From the IMG/VR virus record IMGVR_UViG_3300026851_000040, positions 1 through 39,854 of that record: a DNA stretch of 39,854 bases; one strand, given 5' to 3'. Under the pieces are notes generated by a model. That model saw only the letters and a list, made by a program, of their open reading frames with translations, did no database searches and was not told the origin of the DNA. This DNA is from a virus. Lineage: Duplodnaviria > Caudoviricetes. Shown here piece by piece: positions 36,498 through 39,854 of the stretch. Both the position numbers and the translations under genes were made by a program. How positions within the stretch are numbered: position 1 is the first letter of the stretch; every line of letters begins with the position of its first letter.

Positions 36498-36513
36498 CTG
36501 TACATTCGTACAG
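36498..36513. promoter_or_regulatory. LexA (SOS) box between SRAP and umuD
   Basis: aaCTG-TACATTCGTA-CAGta, close to consensus. Confidence 0.88.
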
Positions 36514-36535
36514 TATTTGTAAAAAAGGGCGCATC

Positions 36536-36961
36536 ATGAGCTTCACCATTCTAGGTCCTATCGCTGAGGCAGGCGCGAAGCTGCCTATGTGTTCGTTCCA
36601 GGTCCCAGCCGGTTTTCCATCGCCGGCAGCGGATCATATTGAGCAGCACATCTCATTGGATGAGGTCCTGAATATCCGTGCACCGCATGTGTACTTGGTA
36701 GCAATCACCGGTGAAAGCATGCAGGGAGTTGGGATCTTCGACGGTGACCTCGCGGTGGTGGATCGTGCCATTGAGCCGGTTCACGGCCATGTGGTGGTGG
36801 CGTTGCTGAACAATGAGCCGGTCTGCAAGCGCCTGTGTAAGCGCGGCCGGGAGGTGGTTCTGCTATCGGAGAACCCTAAATACCCGGCGCGTTACGTTCT
36901 CGAAGGGGATGAGCTGTCAATCTGGGGCGTGATCACCAGTACAGTGCGCAGTCATGTCTAA
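36536..36961 (+). CDS. umuD: Pol V accessory subunit UmuD/RulA
   Basis: '[11 protein letters not shown]', 'GESM', 'CKRL', 'SENP.Y', 'WGV'. Confidence 0.93.
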   Translation: MSFTILGPIAEAGAKLPMCSFQVPAGFPSPAADHIEQHISLDEVLNIRAPHVYLVAITGESMQGVGIFDGDLAVVDRAIEPVHGHVVVALLNNEPVCKRLCKRGREVVLLSENPKYPARYVLEGDELSIWGVITSTVRSHV

Positions 36962-38231
36962 GCAGCAACCGACTATTGCGCTGATCGACTGCAACAGCTT
37001 TTATGCTAGTTGCGAGCGGGTGTTCCGGCCGGACTTAGCGAAGGTGCCCATCGTGGTGCTGAGTAACAATGATGGCTGTGTCATCGCCCGAAGCTACGAC
37101 GCTAAGCCTTTCATCAAGATGGGCGAGCCGTATTTCCAGATCAAGCACAAGCTCAAGCAGCACGGCATTGTGCCGTTCTCCTCCAACTATGCGCTGTACG
37201 GCGACATGAGCGACCGTGTGATGAGCCTGATCGAAGCGATGGTGCCGGGTGTTGAGGTGTACAGCATCGATGAGGCGTTCGCCGATCTGACTGGCATCGG
37301 TGGGCTGGATGCATTAGGCCGACAGATTCGCGCCCAGGTACTTCGTTGCACCGGCATTCCTGTCGGTGTTGGTATCGCTCATACGAAGACACTGGCGAAG
37401 CTGGCAAACCACACCGCAAAGCGCCTGCAGTCACAAACTGGCGGGGTAGTAAATATCACCGACCCGGCTAAGCGGGACTGGGTATTGCGCAATACGGACG
37501 TGGCGGAAGTGTGGGGTGTTGGCCGGAAGATGAAACTCCACCTGGGTGTGATGGGCATCAAGTCGGCCATGGACTTGGCTAAGGCCGACCCTTGGACGCT
37601 CCGCAAGAAGTTCAGCGTTGTGATCGAGAAGACGGCCAGGGAGCTGGGCGGGACGCCTTGTCTGGAGCTGGACGAGCCCGATCCGCCAAAGCAAGAAATC
37701 TGCTGCAGCCGTATGTTTGGTAAGCGGCTGACTGAGCTGCAGCCGATCAAGGAAGCGGTGGCCACCTACATGATGTGGGCATCGGAAAAGCTGCAGTCAC
37801 AGAACTCGCTGTGCAAGAAAGTTCGCGTCTGCATCCGTACAGGTATGTTCAACCCAGAAGAAGCAAAGTACTCCAGCGGTACAGTGGTGGATATGCCTTA
37901 TCCCACCAACGATGTACGGCTGCTCACACAAGAGGCGGTAAACGCGCTTGATCGTATATTTCGACCAGGCTTCAGATACAGCAAGGCGGAGGTCATGTTG
38001 CTGGAGCTCTGTCAACCAGGTGAGTACACCGATGACTTGTTCGCACCATCGCAACCAGCTACGGCTAGCCGTGTCATGACGGTTTTGGATCAGATCAATG
38101 AGCGGTGGGGAAGAGGTACGCTACGTTCGGCCAGTGTGCCGGCGGATCCTCATTGGGAAATGCGTCGGGATATGATGAGCCAGAATTACACCACGAAGCT
38201 TGATCAACTGTGGGCGGTAACATGTAACTAG
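36954..38231 (+). CDS. umuC: Y-family polymerase UmuC/RulB
   Basis: '[10 protein letters not shown]', 'VLSNNDGC', 'YSIDE', 'TKTLAKLAN', C-terminal 'W.MRR...S..YTT'. Confidence 0.95.
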   Translation: MSKQQPTIALIDCNSFYASCERVFRPDLAKVPIVVLSNNDGCVIARSYDAKPFIKMGEPYFQIKHKLKQHGIVPFSSNYALYGDMSDRVMSLIEAMVPGVEVYSIDEAFADLTGIGGLDALGRQIRAQVLRCTGIPVGVGIAHTKTLAKLANHTAKRLQSQTGGVVNITDPAKRDWVLRNTDVAEVWGVGRKMKLHLGVMGIKSAMDLAKADPWTLRKKFSVVIEKTARELGGTPCLELDEPDPPKQEICCSRMFGKRLTELQPIKEAVATYMMWASEKLQSQNSLCKKVRVCIRTGMFNPEEAKYSSGTVVDMPYPTNDVRLLTQEAVNALDRIFRPGFRYSKAEVMLLELCQPGEYTDDLFAPSQPATASRVMTVLDQINERWGRGTLRSASVPADPHWEMRRDMMSQNYTTKLDQLWAVTCN

Positions 38232-38256
38232 TCCACCGGGTCGGTCAAACTGAAAG

Positions 38257-38919
38257 TTACCAGCCGTCAGAGTTTGTTTGTTCTTTATCGCTATCCAAAC
38301 TGTCAGCATTATGCCGCTGTTCAAGCGTAGGTTGAATTTGAGCAATCTCCGATTCTGGGCGGTGGATTCGTTCCGTCATATAATAGAGGCCAAGTAAAGT
38401 TGTGCATATTAAATTGTAGAGAATAAATAAATAAATTGAAACGAAAGTCCATTTTATCCAGAATGCAGCAGTGCTTGGGATGAAGCTTAATAGCGGCTGG
38501 GCGAGTAAGTTTGCTCCTACGCCTCCAAAGTAAAGGAATATTGATAAGAATGATAAATAGCCGAATAAAAAACATAAGAAGCGTCTGCGGCTCAGTTTTT
38601 CTTCTCTTTTAACACCCATCCATTCGACTGTTAAAGTGGGGCTTTCCCCCGCCATTCGTAAGTCCATATTTTTTTGGTTGAACGTGGCAATTGCGGCTAA
38701 AGATGCAATATAGAATCCGGTAACGACTTGCAAGTAGCTACCAACACCTGCCACTAACCCGCTACCTCCAAAAATAACTAGCTTCCAGTCGAGTAACCAA
38801 AATACGCCGAGAGTGACGGCGAGAAGGAAAAGCGGCAGCACAATCTCATCGAATAATTTGTCCTGTCGATCTATGCGCAGATAAGACAGAGGAGTCAAAA
38901 GTCTTTTTAAGCTACGCAT
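38257..38919 (-). CDS. Uncharacterised 4-TM membrane protein
   Basis: Four hydrophobic segments, 'GFYIASLAAIATF' and 'LSRRRFL..LFGYL'; RBS GGAGG; AT-rich. Confidence 0.8.
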   Translation of the reverse strand: MRSLKRLLTPLSYLRIDRQDKLFDEIVLPLFLLAVTLGVFWLLDWKLVIFGGSGLVAGVGSYLQVVTGFYIASLAAIATFNQKNMDLRMAGESPTLTVEWMGVKREEKLSRRRFLCFLFGYLSFLSIFLYFGGVGANLLAQPLLSFIPSTAAFWIKWTFVSIYLFILYNLICTTLLGLYYMTERIHRPESEIAQIQPTLEQRHNADSLDSDKEQTNSDGW

Positions 38920-38930
38920 AGTTCCTCCAG

Positions 38931-39854
38931 TTACTTAAGTTTGGCCATTGCGCGAAGTACATCGTTATTCAGTGTATCAGAACACTGAGGAAGAGGGGTA
39001 GTCATTGTGATCATTTCAACTTTACCAAAAAGTGCTTCCCCCGCGTCTTGACGGGCGCTGCTGACATCTACAGTACGCTGTTTACCTTCTTTGTGTTTGA
39101 AGATAACTTTGAAATGATCGTAACCTTGTTTGGTATATTTCAGACGTAAACGATTGACAACGCCTACAGCGTCAGCACCATCAAGGTTGGAAACGACCTT
39201 CACTTTAAGGCTGCTTGTTCCCCTGACAAGATATGGTTCTTCATCCATATTGGTTACGGTTTCATTTTTGCTCATTTCTATGAAACGAAGTTGCCCCGAT
39301 TCTAAATTATCCTTGAGGCTTTGCGATGCGTGATGCTCCATCACAAAAGTAGGGAAGAATGGCTTGGTTATTCCATCGATAGGATCTATATAGTCTCTAG
39401 TCATCAATTCTTTGATCATTCCGTTAAAAAAAGGAACAATTCTTGTTTTGCCTATACCTGGTACATCTTCTAATAAAAGCAAAAATTCCAGAGGTTTTTT
39501 GGGGAGGTGAACTAATTTAATATGCATGTGAGCTGATACGGCTATACCCTCTCCAGCAAGCTTAGGTTCTTGACGTAGCTTTCCAGAAGCTAGATCGCCG
39601 AAGGAAGGATCTGACGCTTTGGAATCTGAATACTGTAACAAAAGCGCTACGGATGTATTGTCTGAGTTAAACTTTATCTTAGTGATTCTAATGCAGGCAG
39701 TTGCCCGGTCAACTAATTTATAGCATTCTTTCTTTTTGAATTTGCTCTCGATTTGCTTGAATACTTCTTTTATATCAAAAGTTGGGCCACCAAGAGGTAC
39801 TGTCACTAGAGAGGCGGTATAGAAGTGTATCCAGCGTTCATATTTGTCTAGCAT
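38931..39854 (-). CDS. Uncharacterised soluble protein, possibly DUF4747/RexA-like
   Basis: 307-aa Lys-rich alpha/beta ORF, 11 bp upstream of the 4-TM gene; AT-rich; ATG lies at the window edge so the true start could be further upstream. Confidence 0.75.
   Translation of the reverse strand: MLDKYERWIHFYTASLVTVPLGGPTFDIKEVFKQIESKFKKKECYKLVDRATACIRITKIKFNSDNTSVALLLQYSDSKASDPSFGDLASGKLRQEPKLAGEGIAVSAHMHIKLVHLPKKPLEFLLLLEDVPGIGKTRIVPFFNGMIKELMTRDYIDPIDGITKPFFPTFVMEHHASQSLKDNLESGQLRFIEMSKNETVTNMDEEPYLVRGTSSLKVKVVSNLDGADAVGVVNRLRLKYTKQGYDHFKVIFKHKEGKQRTVDVSSARQDAGEALFGKVEMITMTTPLPQCSDTLNNDVLRAMAKLK

Larger units (their letters stand above)
1..39854. mobile_element. Temperate prophage (lambda-like head, P2-like contractile tail), Pseudomonas-type
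   Basis: Complete ordered set of integration, immunity, replication, packaging, head, tail and lysis modules; att sites not identifiable inside the window. Confidence 0.97.

Noticed and set aside
39440..39470. Walker A-like 'DVPGIGKT' in the 307-aa protein
   Set aside because: Lacks the first Gly of GxxGxGKT and has no convincing Walker B; probably coincidental

Overview
The window is essentially one complete temperate prophage of Pseudomonas type. It runs from the integrase stop codon (base 1) to the start codon of an accessory gene (base 39854); att sites are not visible. Order: integrase and leftward early genes (DUF4224/Xis-like, HD phosphohydrolase, PrtN-like, KilA-C), an inserted AT-rich two-gene CBASS (Cap15-like effector + CD-NTase), cI/cro switch with TATCAAC-N5-GTTGATA operators, CII-like, TraR/DksA, TOPRIM-VapE primase/helicase, PA0613-like regulator, iteron-like origin, holin, lambda-like head, P2-like contractile tail, GH19 endolysin with Rz/Rz1, DNA adenine methylase, SRAP, umuDC/rulAB, and a terminal AT-rich pair (307-aa soluble + 4-TM protein). 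Most notable: (1) the unannotated terminal pair, a candidate RexAB/Kiwa-like defence system; (2) a family of RNA hairpins displaying CACCAC loops on both early transcripts, interleaved with GGA-loop hairpins; (3) a 7Fe ferredoxin moron inside the head operon; (4) CBASS in the immunity region next to a repressor operator; (5) an unexplained AT-rich spacer with a perfect 34-bp palindrome and a hidden 26-aa amphipathic peptide gene. All family assignments come from motif recognition by eye, not from database searches.
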